64,000 nt of DNA from a bacterium (GTDB taxonomy: Bacteria > Patescibacteriota > Minisyncoccia > Phycocordibacterales > UBA12088), in contig QKEV01000015.1 in the NCBI GenBank assembly GCA_003252295.1, forward strand, positions 24,242 to 88,241. Direction: 5' to 3'. Position 1 is the stretch's first letter; each line of letters begins with the position of its first letter. The position numbers were made by a program, and so were the translations under genes. Positions 52,908 through 62,859 of this stretch are shown piece after piece. The notes beneath the pieces were generated by a model. That model was not told the DNA's origin. It made no database searches and worked only from the letters and a program-made list of their open reading frames with translations.

Positions 52908-53975
52908 TTAATAAGCTTTTCTGCTGAATACCCAGTTTTTTTGAATCATAAAATTTGTCATAAACAGTACGAGGTCAACAAACATCTTGATGAACAGTAG
53001 TACAAATTTTGATGCACCGAACAATGCATTAAGGAGACTCGTTGCTATACCACTCACAAACATTTGAACACTAAATAGTGCGAAATATTTTTTCGACTCA
53101 GTTCCGGTGTTCTGTGAGTCCTTCTTTTCAAACGTCCATACTTTATTTAGGGTGAAATTGTAAGCACCGGAAAGAAGACGTGCCAAAATAGTTGAGAGGA
53201 TAATCGCATTGCCGACACTGATAACGTTAACCAGAAGGATGAAGAGTGTCACATCAAGAACAGCGGAAGAAAGCGATGAGAACACGTTCCGAAAAAAAGT
53301 TTTGTATATGCTATATGAGTCACTTAAGAACCGGAAGTGTGTCGTCCAGTCGGCATCGTAGATTGTGCTGATATCTACAGTTGTGTACGTAATGTCATGT
53401 TTGCACATGCTCTCTAGGAAGCGCATTTCGTAGTCATACCTGCTTCCTGGAACATTGAGTGCAAATGGGATGTACCTGCTTGGGATACCTCGTAAACCTG
53501 TTTGTGTGTCTTTTAAATCCTTTCCAGTTTTCAGTTTGAAGTACAGTGAAGAAAAAGAGTTCCCTATCTTGCTGGTGACGGGCATATTCTTGTTGTCAAA
53601 TTTTCTGGTACCCAAAACAACAGTGTCATTTTTCAACACTTCTTGCGCAACGTTTTTAATATCTTGTGGTGCATGCTGTCCATCGCCGTCAGCAGTAACA
53701 ATAACAGTGATATTTTTTTGGTTTTCAGAAATACGCTGTATTCCGGTTTTTAAAGCATCTCCCTTACCCCTGTTGACTGGGTGATGAGAAACATCACAGC
53801 CAAGTTCTTCAAGTTCACAAAAAATACTCTCGGAGATGTTGTTTGAGCCATCGTTCACGATGTATATGTTATACATGCCGATATCCATTAGTCGTTTTAC
53901 CAAGGCAACTAGTTTTGTATCTGGGTTTAATGTTGGAATGAGTACTGCTACATTTTTCATAAGCAATGAGAGCAT
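52908..53975 (-). CDS. family-2 glycosyltransferase fused to a GtrA-like C-terminal membrane domain
   Basis: GT2 N-domain (…IPTLNPD…VNDGS…DGDGQH…) followed by 4 TM helices of GtrA type. Confidence 0.8.
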   Translation of the reverse strand: MLSLLMKNVAVLIPTLNPDTKLVALVKRLMDIGMYNIYIVNDGSNNISESIFCELEELGCDVSHHPVNRGKGDALKTGIQRISENQKNITVIVTADGDGQHAPQDIKNVAQEVLKNDTVVLGTRKFDNKNMPVTSKIGNSFSSLYFKLKTGKDLKDTQTGLRGIPSRYIPFALNVPGSRYDYEMRFLESMCKHDITYTTVDISTIYDADWTTHFRFLSDSYSIYKTFFRNVFSSLSSAVLDVTLFILLVNVISVGNAIILSTILARLLSGAYNFTLNKVWTFEKKDSQNTGTESKKYFALFSVQMFVSGIATSLLNALFGASKFVLLFIKMFVDLVLFMTNFMIQKNWVFSRKAY

Positions 53976-54130
53976 ATATCACTGCTCTCATTGCTCTAGT
54001 ACGTACGTTTGCACCACGGTCTTTCATATCAGACTTTAGAAATATTGACTAATATATAAAATATTGTATAAATAAATACGGTACATAGTGAGAATATAGC
54101 TATATTACCCTCAACCAAAGGAGTGTTGAT

Positions 54131-54304
54131 ATGGAATCAAAAGCAATCAAAGAATTTACGGTAAGAGAAGGAAGTGTCGGTACCTACTACAAGATCGAAG
54201 TGTTATTTCGTGGTAAGGTTGTTGATACGTTTTTTAAACCCACTATGAAAGAAGCACAGTCAGCGTTTGAGAATGCTGGATACATAGCGGTTGTAAGTAA
54301 ATGA
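54131..54304 (+). CDS. 57-aa small protein, hypothetical
   Basis: AAGGAG SD 7 nt upstream. Below the ORF cutoff. Protein-like composition. Confidence 0.35.
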   Translation: MESKAIKEFTVREGSVGTYYKIEVLFRGKVVDTFFKPTMKEAQSAFENAGYIAVVSK

Positions 54305-54332
54305 CCCCAGCAAATTCTTGTGGAGAAATTGT

Positions 54333-54530
54333 ATGGATTTTACAGAAAAAATGGCTATAAAAGCCAATACAAGAAGAAAGAAGGGGCGAAGGTGGAAGAG
54401 AAACCCCGGCAGTTGGACCAATGAGGAAAAAGAGTTATTTACCCTGCTTACCGTTGGATATCTGACTGCAAGTGGTTACCGCTGTGAGTACGATATTCAC
54501 GGTTTTACAGGAAATGTATCACCAGCATAA
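54333..54530 (+). CDS. 65-aa small basic protein, hypothetical
   Basis: Start taken at MDFTEKM. Followed by a strong terminator (54534-54581, CCTGCCC…GGGCAGG plus T-run). Confidence 0.3.
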   Translation: MDFTEKMAIKANTRRKKGRRWKRNPGSWTNEEKELFTLLTVGYLTASGYRCEYDIHGFTGNVSPA

Positions 54531-54687
54531 AAACCCTGCCCTGAGACCTGTCTCCGGGCAGGTTTCTTTTTTCACACCCTTGACTATCTTTTTTGAAATT
54601 CTATACTCGGCAAAGTGAGTTTTTTGAAAGTGCTAAACTAAAAGATCTATCAACAATGCATTGCTATCAACTACAGAGAGGTTGCCA

Positions 54688-54996
54688 ATGGAAGAATATT
54701 TTAAAAAAGTGGATGACTGCATACATGAGTTGCTAAACAAGAACCAGTATTGGACACATGAAAAAAAGATACGAGATCAAATAAGGATAATTAAGGGAGG
54801 TAATTTTGTTACAGATGAACTAGTTGAACGTATCTTTAACTATCGATCTGAGTCCGCTCTTGATATTTGGCAATTTCGGAGAGGTCTTGTTGATATCTGC
54901 AATGACTTATCAGTAGAACTTCCCAAGGACCCACACACCTTTGCTGTTTTTGTTGATTATTTGTTCCATATGGAGGATGTTGATGCACTCATTTGA
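54688..54996 (+). CDS. hypothetical protein (about 102 aa)
   Basis: Start taken at MEEYF. No family recognised. Confidence 0.35.
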   Translation: MEEYFKKVDDCIHELLNKNQYWTHEKKIRDQIRIIKGGNFVTDELVERIFNYRSESALDIWQFRRGLVDICNDLSVELPKDPHTFAVFVDYLFHMEDVDALI

Positions 54997-55062
54997 TTTT
55001 TCATGAAAGAGCAAGAGTTTTTAGATAAAGTAGTTTTTATTGAATAGAATGAATAAGTAACA

Positions 55063-55090
55063 GGCGCCAGTTTGAAACTGGCGCCGTTTT
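55063..55090. terminator. bidirectional terminator
   Basis: GGCGCCAGTTTGAAACTGGCGCC hairpin followed by GTTTT, between convergent small genes. Confidence 0.7.
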
Positions 55091-55104
55091 GCTACTTACG
55101 TAGT

Positions 55105-55281
55105 TTAACTTTTTTGTTTTGCCTTTGCACAAGCTTTTTCAAAGGCTTTTTGTGATGCCTCTGGTGTACTACCATGACCGGTATGAACACCATTGGTGGT
55201 TTTATTACCATTCTCAATGTTGAAAATGATAACACCTGACTCTTTGGTTGTGCGGACGTCGTGAGCTTTCTTGTTAGACAT
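55105..55281 (-). CDS. 58-aa small protein (MSNKKAHDVRTTKESGVIIFNIENGNKTTNGVHTGHGSTPEASQKAFEKACAKAKQKS)
   Basis: Below the ORF cutoff. Strong SD AAGGAGACAAAC before the ATG. Terminator downstream. Confidence 0.35.
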   Translation of the reverse strand: MSNKKAHDVRTTKESGVIIFNIENGNKTTNGVHTGHGSTPEASQKAFEKACAKAKQKS

Positions 55282-55619
55282 GTTTGTCTCCTTTCATTGA
55301 GGTTGTACTACTTGATGCAGTATGCCCCATGCAAACTACACCAACCCTGCTTTTTTGACGACTGCATTTGGTGTACTGCTTTTTTTAACGACTCACGATC
55401 GTTCCGACCAAAAATATTAACTATTTATGACACTATCATTGTCATAAATTATGTCAATAATTTTTTAAGTCCCCAACAGAGGTGGGTCGTCGAGGATTTA
55501 TTTTATATTTGCTTTTTTACTGATCAGTAGTTTTAAGTAAGAGTAAAGAGTAGAGACTACCCTTCACTTTTTGTACAAAATAGTCGGTGTGTTGTGGTAA
55601 CACACCGACTATGTAGTTG

Positions 55620-56894
55620 CTATTTAGCTGCCCCCGCAATAAGCCTGTTCTTTCTAAACCAGGTAAACGGAACAACTACAATTCCCTCCTCGGTGACGGT
55701 AAAACCTCTTTCTCGATCACGATCGTGATCGAGACCAATTTCCGTACCTTTTGGTACGATAAGTCGTTGGTGTGGTCTCAGGTACGGGTCACTCACAAGA
55801 ATTGTCTTGTGCAGCGAACAATCAGACTCTATCGTTACCTGTGAGGGTATGATAGATGTAATAACCTTGCAACCCTCTTGCACGTTAACAGATATACCTA
55901 GTGTTGTGTACAACAAGTACGAATCAACAATAATGCATCCGTTTGGCACCATTGAGTTGAGTATTGAACTGCTATCCCTTTTGCCGCTACCAAACTTACT
56001 GGGCGCTGCCATGTAGTCACGAGGTGGTATCCTGAAAATATCGGAATACAAGTTCAGGGATGGGTTGTCAGAGCAAAAATTCTGATGTTCCTCCCAATAT
56101 GCCTTGATTGTTCCAACATCACGCCAGTACGGCTGCTGACCATCGACCATAGTTTCGCTAAACGGAAAGGCGTACACCTTTTTTCCATCAGCGATCATTT
56201 TTGGCACGATATCTTTACCGAAATCATGGTCTGAGGTTGGGTCAGCGGCATCGGCTTTCAGGTATCGTTCAAGTACTTTTTTCTTGAAGCAGTACACACC
56301 CATGGAACAAAATGCATGTCCAGGGTTACCTTGTACTTCAACAGGAACAGAAGGTTTTTCCGTAAAACCATAGATCTTGTTGTTTTGATCTGCTTCAATC
56401 ACACCGAACGCTTTTGCATCCTGAACAGGAACCGTAATTGCCATTACAGAAAGATCAGCACCACGTTCTCTGTGGAATTGCTCAAAGGCACTAAAATCTG
56501 CTTTGTAAATATGATCTCCCGAAACGATCATTACTGTTTCGTATCCGGCTGCATGATGAATGTGCTGCCATACAGCATCGGCAGTACCAGAGAACTCATT
56601 TCTCCCACATCGTCCTTCGGGACACAGTGTTTGAATATACACCCCTCCCCCAGGTCGTCTTGGAAAAACAGCATCAATGTGCTCAGTCAACGAAACGGCA
56701 TTCTTTTGAACAAGAACACCTATGTCTCGCAAACCAGAGTAAAACAGCGACCACATGACGAAGTCAAAAATGACATACACACCCAGAAATGGCACTGCCG
56801 GTTTGGCATACATCTCCGTGAGTGGTGATAGTCTGCTGCCTGCTCCACCTGCAAGTGCAAATGTTTTTACAGTATTCAGTAGCTTGTTGTGCAT
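55620..56894 (-). CDS. glgC: glucose-1-phosphate adenylyltransferase
   Basis: LAGGAGSRL…AKPAVPF nucleotidyl-transferase motif and a C-terminal left-handed beta-helix. Confidence 0.85.
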   Translation of the reverse strand: MHNKLLNTVKTFALAGGAGSRLSPLTEMYAKPAVPFLGVYVIFDFVMWSLFYSGLRDIGVLVQKNAVSLTEHIDAVFPRRPGGGVYIQTLCPEGRCGRNEFSGTADAVWQHIHHAAGYETVMIVSGDHIYKADFSAFEQFHRERGADLSVMAITVPVQDAKAFGVIEADQNNKIYGFTEKPSVPVEVQGNPGHAFCSMGVYCFKKKVLERYLKADAADPTSDHDFGKDIVPKMIADGKKVYAFPFSETMVDGQQPYWRDVGTIKAYWEEHQNFCSDNPSLNLYSDIFRIPPRDYMAAPSKFGSGKRDSSSILNSMVPNGCIIVDSYLLYTTLGISVNVQEGCKVITSIIPSQVTIESDCSLHKTILVSDPYLRPHQRLIVPKGTEIGLDHDRDRERGFTVTEEGIVVVPFTWFRKNRLIAGAAK

Positions 56895-57184
56895 CGTACA
56901 CCCCCTTTTTTTGAATATTATTGCAACTTCTATAAATTACTATGCTGTGAAAATTATACAATTATTTTACAAATAGTCAATTAGTAACAACTACTCTCTT
57001 TAAAAATAAATTAAGTATGGAGGAGTGATCACTAATTCATAAATAGACTTCTCTGTTTAAAAGTTTTGAACAGTGTTCTGAAAATATGACCAAAATACAA
57101 CACAAACTGTACTATACTTGTATATGTACACAAATTTATTAGTTAATATTCCGTAATTTTTTCAATTACGCATAATTACTACTC

Positions 57185-59467
57185 ATGAATAAACTAGCAC
57201 CTCAAAAGATACTTTTTCTTGCTGGTATTGTCAGTGCCCTGATCCTTGTTGGATCTATCGGGTACGTAAATCACGAAAAGGTTAAGCAGCAGGAGTATGT
57301 TGCTTCTGTTATTAACTCACAGTTGGCAAAAGACAAAACAACCTCTGATGACGGGAAGGTATTTCCAACAGTAAGTCTTGAAGGACGGGCACATCTAGAT
57401 GATGCTGTTGCACGTCTTGGTGATAAGTTGCCAGAAGTTGCAGCTTGGTACGGCTACTCACCTGCCAGTCTCAGGACCATGTTAAAAAACGATCACTCAC
57501 TATGGCTTGATAAAGAAGCGCATTTGTATTACGCGGAAGATGTCCCAGAAGGTATAGAAACAGTGAGTTCAGCTACAGAAAGTATAGCGATTGGTTCACT
57601 CTATCCACTTGAGGATACTTTTAAGCTTCACAGTAATCCTGATGCAAAAAATGTTATCTATCTTGATTTTGATGGAATGCTTATTTCAGGCACCATGTGG
57701 AACACAAGTGACAACTCAGGAGAGGATATTGATGCTCCGGCTTGGGATATTGATGGTGATACGTCTACATTTGGTACCACTGAACGTGAGCGCATACAAC
57801 GGATTTGGCAACGAGTTGCTGAAGATTACGCACCGTTTAATGTGGATGTCACAACAGAACAACCTCCTCTTGATAGAATTCAACGGACTTCAACTTCGGA
57901 TGAGTACTACGGTACTGTTGCTCTCATCAGCCCGATTTCTAGCTACTTTGGCAACTACGGAGGTATTGCATATGTTGGTATATACAACATGACAAATAAC
58001 ATCTTTTATCAACCAGCACTAGTTTTTTCTGAGAAACTACAGAACAATGAAAAGTATATTGCGGAGGCTATATCACATGAGGTTGGTCATAATTTTGGTC
58101 TTTCACATGATGGAACAACTGATGGAACTAGTTACTATGGTGGTTCAGGAGTATGGGCGCCTATCATGGGCAGTAGTTACTACAAAAAAATAACTCAATG
58201 GAGTAAGGGAGAGTATCCACTTGCAAACAATACTCAAGATGATATCTCCATCATTGCTTCTAAGGGTCCTTCAGTTCTTGTTGATGATTGCGGCAGCACA
58301 CTTTCATCAGCGTGTATTCTTGGTTACAGTAGTGGTTCTGTGTTTGCAGATGGACTTATCGAACGTGCAGGTGATACTGATTTCTACTCATTTATGAGTG
58401 ATGCAGGATCTATGTCAATCACAGTAACCATGCACCCATCTGCTCCAAACCTAAATGCTCGAGTAAAACTTCTTGATGGAAGTGGAAATACTATTGCGAC
58501 TGCTTCTGATAGCTATACTTCGGTGGTACTTACTGCAACCGTAGAGAGTGGCACCTACTACATATCAGTACAGGGTGTTGCTGGAGCTGATTTTACTAAC
58601 TATGCGAGTTTGGGTCAGTACCAGATAAGTGGTACGGTAAACTACACAGGTAGTATGCCTCCAGTGGCAACAGCATCAGCAAATGTTACCTCAGGAAAAG
58701 CACCACTCACTGTTGATTTTTCAAGTGATGGTTCGTATGATCCTGATGGCCTCATTTCTTCTTACACTTGGTCCTTCGGTGATGGAGCAACTTCAAATGA
58801 AGTGAATCCAACACATATATTTACAGCAAGCGGTACCTACTCTGTGTCGTTAACCGTAACTGATGAGGAAGGTTTCAGTAGCTCAGACTCTGTTACTGTT
58901 TCAGTTACCAACAACGCTCCTGTTGCTGAAGTGACTGCGTCTCCTATACGTGGAAATATTCCTCTTGAAGTAGCTTTCGATGGTACTGACTCATATGACG
59001 TGGATGGAACGATTGTTGCATATGATTGGGTCTTTGGTGATGGTATGCGAGGTTCTGGTATGACGATTACACACACCTATGAAGCAGCAGGAACTTTCGT
59101 AGCGCAGCTTACGGTTACCGATAATGAGGGTGTTTCAAACTCTGCACCAGTAACCATTTCTGTTGTTGACCTGAATGCTGTTGCTGCTCCGACAGACCTG
59201 GCTGCTGTAAATGAAAGAAAGACAAGCAACGTTAACCTTACCTGGACTGACAATGCAGATAACGAGACGAGTTATGAGGTGTACCGTGCACTCTACGTAC
59301 GGAAAGCGACACCGAGCTACACGCTCATGGCTACACTTTCTGCTGACAGTGAGAGCTACAGTGAGACAACTCCGGGCAGTGGAACGTACCTCTACTACGT
59401 ACGTGCTGTGAATGCTACTGCTCAAACTGAAGCAGTGTCTGAAACTGTTAGTGTCAGAATAAAGTAA
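57185..59467 (+). CDS. secreted metzincin-type zinc metalloprotease with tandem PKD domains and a C-terminal FN3-like domain
   Basis: Signal/TM. HEVGHNFGLSHDG (HExxHxxGxxH). Two PKD repeats (…WSFGDGATS…; …WVFGDGMRG…). Terminator at 59491-59520. Confidence 0.8.
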   Translation: MNKLAPQKILFLAGIVSALILVGSIGYVNHEKVKQQEYVASVINSQLAKDKTTSDDGKVFPTVSLEGRAHLDDAVARLGDKLPEVAAWYGYSPASLRTMLKNDHSLWLDKEAHLYYAEDVPEGIETVSSATESIAIGSLYPLEDTFKLHSNPDAKNVIYLDFDGMLISGTMWNTSDNSGEDIDAPAWDIDGDTSTFGTTERERIQRIWQRVAEDYAPFNVDVTTEQPPLDRIQRTSTSDEYYGTVALISPISSYFGNYGGIAYVGIYNMTNNIFYQPALVFSEKLQNNEKYIAEAISHEVGHNFGLSHDGTTDGTSYYGGSGVWAPIMGSSYYKKITQWSKGEYPLANNTQDDISIIASKGPSVLVDDCGSTLSSACILGYSSGSVFADGLIERAGDTDFYSFMSDAGSMSITVTMHPSAPNLNARVKLLDGSGNTIATASDSYTSVVLTATVESGTYYISVQGVAGADFTNYASLGQYQISGTVNYTGSMPPVATASANVTSGKAPLTVDFSSDGSYDPDGLISSYTWSFGDGATSNEVNPTHIFTASGTYSVSLTVTDEEGFSSSDSVTVSVTNNAPVAEVTASPIRGNIPLEVAFDGTDSYDVDGTIVAYDWVFGDGMRGSGMTITHTYEAAGTFVAQLTVTDNEGVSNSAPVTISVVDLNAVAAPTDLAAVNERKTSNVNLTWTDNADNETSYEVYRALYVRKATPSYTLMATLSADSESYSETTPGSGTYLYYVRAVNATAQTEAVSETVSVRIK

Positions 59468-59556
59468 ACAGTACTCGTAAAAAACAAAAACCTCCCGAAA
59501 CATGCGGGAGGTTTTTGTTTGTACCACACACCATGTACTGTGTGTATACTTACCTT

Positions 59557-60057
59557 ATGAAGCACATCATCGTCAATGACTCAATGCAAGAGTACTCATA
59601 CGTGCTTACTGAAAAGGTTGGTACAAACTTTCATCCTGACTTTACACCTCATCTTACCCCTCAGGAAATGCTCGAGCTTGGTGTCTTTGGTGGTCTCTAC
59701 ATGAGTGATGTTCCAGATGAGTTCCCTTCCCTTTGGTTTGAACATGCGAAGTTGTCACGCGATGGGAAACAACATAAGGAACTGAACTATTTTCATGTGC
59801 TAGCCAGTCAACCACTTGCGGTGTGGCGTGCAAAAGGGTGGATACATACTGATGATCCACGAGGGTGGTTCCAATGGTACTGCCGTTACTACCTAGGACG
59901 CAGACATGAGGATGACGATCGACAGATACGGCGGTGGAAAGCGATGCAGAGACATGTGGCGCAAGTGGTTCAAAATTGTCGAGTTGGTGATGAGTTTTGT
60001 AGACCACGGCAACGGCAAGCGTTGCTTCAATGGGCTTATGATTCGCGTAGATTGTAG
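59557..60057 (+). CDS. hypothetical protein (W/R-rich, about 166 aa)
   Basis: Start taken at MKHIIV. Conserved-looking …KGWIHTDDPRGWFQWYCRYYLGRR… block but no family recalled. Confidence 0.4.
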   Translation: MKHIIVNDSMQEYSYVLTEKVGTNFHPDFTPHLTPQEMLELGVFGGLYMSDVPDEFPSLWFEHAKLSRDGKQHKELNYFHVLASQPLAVWRAKGWIHTDDPRGWFQWYCRYYLGRRHEDDDRQIRRWKAMQRHVAQVVQNCRVGDEFCRPRQRQALLQWAYDSRRL

Positions 60058-60146
60058 TTCTACACGTACACTTCTTTACAAGTCATAATAAAAGCTGTAT
60101 TTTCAAAAAAGAGTTACTAAACTTTACTTCTATTGGGAGGTGCGTT

Positions 60147-60569
60147 ATGAGTGCAAACATAGTGCCTGTAGAACATGGAAGGTATTTGGCTGACAAGAAG
60201 GTAGCAATGAGTGATGCAACAGGATTTCTTACACAAACACATGTTGACAACTTTGCATGGCAGGCAAAGTTAGGGTTGAGTGCAGGTTTACAGGGGAGAG
60301 AGTTTTCGAGAAATGATGTAGAGCGGGTAAAAGTGTTCCTTGTAGAGGTGTTTGGTGTACAGGTGACCAATGTCAGCTATGCGAAGGCATTTGGTCAACG
60401 TAACTTTTACTATATCGGTCATGTGCAAGACAATGCAGGGTTGCGGCTTGTGGGAGTTGACCAACGGTTTGAAGATGTTTTTGAACGTGTAAAAAGATTG
60501 GTAGAGATAGGAGAGTTCACAAATAGAGATGCGTCTGAAATGATGATTAATATCTCAAATAACTACTGA
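60147..60569 (+). CDS. hypothetical protein (140 aa)
   Basis: Protein-like composition. No family recognised. Confidence 0.4.
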   Translation: MSANIVPVEHGRYLADKKVAMSDATGFLTQTHVDNFAWQAKLGLSAGLQGREFSRNDVERVKVFLVEVFGVQVTNVSYAKAFGQRNFYYIGHVQDNAGLRLVGVDQRFEDVFERVKRLVEIGEFTNRDASEMMINISNNY

Positions 60570-60679
60570 CATGAAAGGTTGCAATGAATGATGAAGCACG
60601 TTGATGAGCCATCCTGGTTGTACACAGGGTGGCTCATTTTTTAATGAAAGTATGTTGTTATAGTATCGTCTGTAAAACT

Positions 60680-61774
60680 ATGGATAAAGGAAAACAAAAC
60701 ATGGAGGATATTGGTTACAGTGCCTTTTTTGAGACGGAACGTGAGAAGCTGGGTCTTATCGATTTCCCTGTTGCACGAGTTGTTGCTGAACATAGAGAGT
60801 TGTACAGGGTGTTGACTGAGCAGGGTGAGCTAGAGGCACGGGTAACCGGTAAGAGGACTTTTGAGGCAACAGGTAGAGAGGACTTCCCTGCTGTTGGTGA
60901 TTTTGTGGTGCTTGATAAGGTGGAAAATGATAAGGCAGTGATACATGAGATCCTACCGAGGAAGACGGTGCTCAAAAGGAAGCGCGGAAACGGTGAAGTA
61001 CAGGTTATTGCAACAAATGTAGACACTGCTTTTATTGTGGAGTCTTTAAACCGTGACTACAGTGTAAACCGTTTTGAGCGGTACTGCGCTATAGCTCGGG
61101 ATAGCGGTATAGTACCTGTTGCTGTACTCAATAAAACTGACCTCATCTCACTTGAGGACAAAGAAGAAAAGGTTAGAGAGCTAAAAGAACGCTTGGGTGA
61201 AGATGTTATTGTGATATGTACGAGCATTGAAACTGGTGAAGGTGTTAATGAACTTGATGCATGTATTACTGCTGGTGCAACGTACTGTTTCCTTGGTTCA
61301 TCTGGTGTTGGTAAATCCTCACTTATTAACGCACTCATTGGTAAAGATGTGCTGGAGGTGCGAGAGATAGGTGAGCAGACAGGTAGAGGTAAACATACCA
61401 CAGTACAGCGTGAAATGTTTTTCTTAGAACATGGTGGAATCCTTATAGACAATCCAGGGGTGCGAGAAGTGGGGCTCACTGACATGCAAGCAGGTATTGG
61501 AGAACAGTTTGCGGTGCTTGAGCAGCTTGGTAAGAAGTGTAAGTTTGCTGACTGTACCCACAGGCATGAACCGGGATGTAAGCTACGCGGTGCAATGGAA
61601 GCAGGACTCATTAATGAGGGTGAGTATGAAAACTATCTTTCCTTAAGGAAAGAAACTGAGCATTTTAGTATGACTGATCAAGAACGAAGAAAGAAAGATA
61701 AGAAATTCGGTAAGTTTCTACAGGTGACAAAAAAAGATCTAAAGCGGATGCATCACAAAGATTACGATCTCTAG
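60680..61774 (+). CDS. rsgA: ribosome small-subunit-dependent GTPase A
   Basis: OB-fold N-terminus, circularly permuted GTPase (NKTDL…GSSGVGKSSLINAL…DNPG) and a C-terminal C…C.H…C zinc finger. Confidence 0.85.
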   Translation: MDKGKQNMEDIGYSAFFETEREKLGLIDFPVARVVAEHRELYRVLTEQGELEARVTGKRTFEATGREDFPAVGDFVVLDKVENDKAVIHEILPRKTVLKRKRGNGEVQVIATNVDTAFIVESLNRDYSVNRFERYCAIARDSGIVPVAVLNKTDLISLEDKEEKVRELKERLGEDVIVICTSIETGEGVNELDACITAGATYCFLGSSGVGKSSLINALIGKDVLEVREIGEQTGRGKHTTVQREMFFLEHGGILIDNPGVREVGLTDMQAGIGEQFAVLEQLGKKCKFADCTHRHEPGCKLRGAMEAGLINEGEYENYLSLRKETEHFSMTDQERRKKDKKFGKFLQVTKKDLKRMHHKDYDL

Positions 61775-61870
61775 CATCGGTACTACACTCTTGACATATA
61801 GTGAAATCACTTGTACTTTATTGTAAGGAAAAGGGATACTGTTTTCAACTACCAAAAAAGAGGAGGAGTA

Positions 61871-62203
61871 ATGTTAATTATTATCTGCTCAGTAGGTAAC
61901 ATCCAGTCAATGGTTGGAATATTGCAACGTTTACCACGTTCTGGTTGTTGTATCGTGGTATCGCAAGAAGAGCAAACTTCTGAGGCGGTAAAACAGATGG
62001 AACCTATGAATATAGATTTCGTAAGTTCATTATCAGAGTTACCCGATATCTCAGATATGTGTAGGGTAATTTCTGCAGGTGAATCACTACCAGTTGAAAT
62101 CGTTCGTATGACCACTCGAAGACGTTGCTATGTTGATGTAGCAGTGGATTGCTCAGATCCGTTCTTATTTAAGAGGCGAATATTCCGGTATCGCCAGCCA
62201 TAG
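61871..62203 (+). CDS. hypothetical protein (about 110 aa)
   Basis: Very strong SD AAGAGGAGGAGTA directly before the ATG at 61871. Terminator hairpin at 62221-62256. Confidence 0.4.
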   Translation: MLIIICSVGNIQSMVGILQRLPRSGCCIVVSQEEQTSEAVKQMEPMNIDFVSSLSELPDISDMCRVISAGESLPVEIVRMTTRRRCYVDVAVDCSDPFLFKRRIFRYRQP

Positions 62204-62371
62204 TTTTTACCCATTTTTTACAAGACTGCATTCATGCAGTCTTGTCTTGTTTTATGTAATTTTTGTTGACAAGTATGTATACCTGTTGGGGTATATATAA
62301 AACCTGAAAGAAAAGTATGTTCGGTGCGTAGTAATAGGGGCGGTACCCAAGTTAAAAATAACAAACATACA

Positions 62372-62782
62372 ATGAAAACAAAAAACACACTTGCAGTAGG
62401 AGCACTTGCTCTGCCACTACTACTAGGTGCGGGAGCTATGACTGCTTCAGCGTACCAGGGAGATTACACGGTACAAGGACCTATGTACGATGAAGATCGT
62501 CATGAGGCTATGGAAGCGGCATTCGAAAATCTTGATTATGATGCATGGCTTGAGCTCATGGATGGACGTGGACGTATCACGGACATTATTGATAGTGAAG
62601 AGGACTTTGAACTCTTTGCAGAAGCTCATGAGGCAGCTGAAGAGGGTGACTACGATACAGCTGCAGAGATTCGTGAAGAGCTTGGTCTAGGAAATGGAGC
62701 TGGAATGGGTGCAGGATGCACTGGTGAAGGAAATGGTACAAGAGGAGGTCGTGGTATGGGTTACAGACAGAACCAAGGATAG
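62372..62782 (+). CDS. secreted acidic small protein, hypothetical
   Basis: Start taken at MKTKNTLAVGALALPLLLGAGAMTASA (signal peptide). Gly-rich C-terminus. Bidirectional terminator at 62812-62840. Confidence 0.45.
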   Translation: MKTKNTLAVGALALPLLLGAGAMTASAYQGDYTVQGPMYDEDRHEAMEAAFENLDYDAWLELMDGRGRITDIIDSEEDFELFAEAHEAAEEGDYDTAAEIREELGLGNGAGMGAGCTGEGNGTRGGRGMGYRQNQG

Positions 62783-62859
62783 TATCAGTTCATAATCAAA
62801 TACATAAATATAAAAACCTCTCAGAATGAGAGGTTTTTATATGTTTTTTGTGAATTTTC

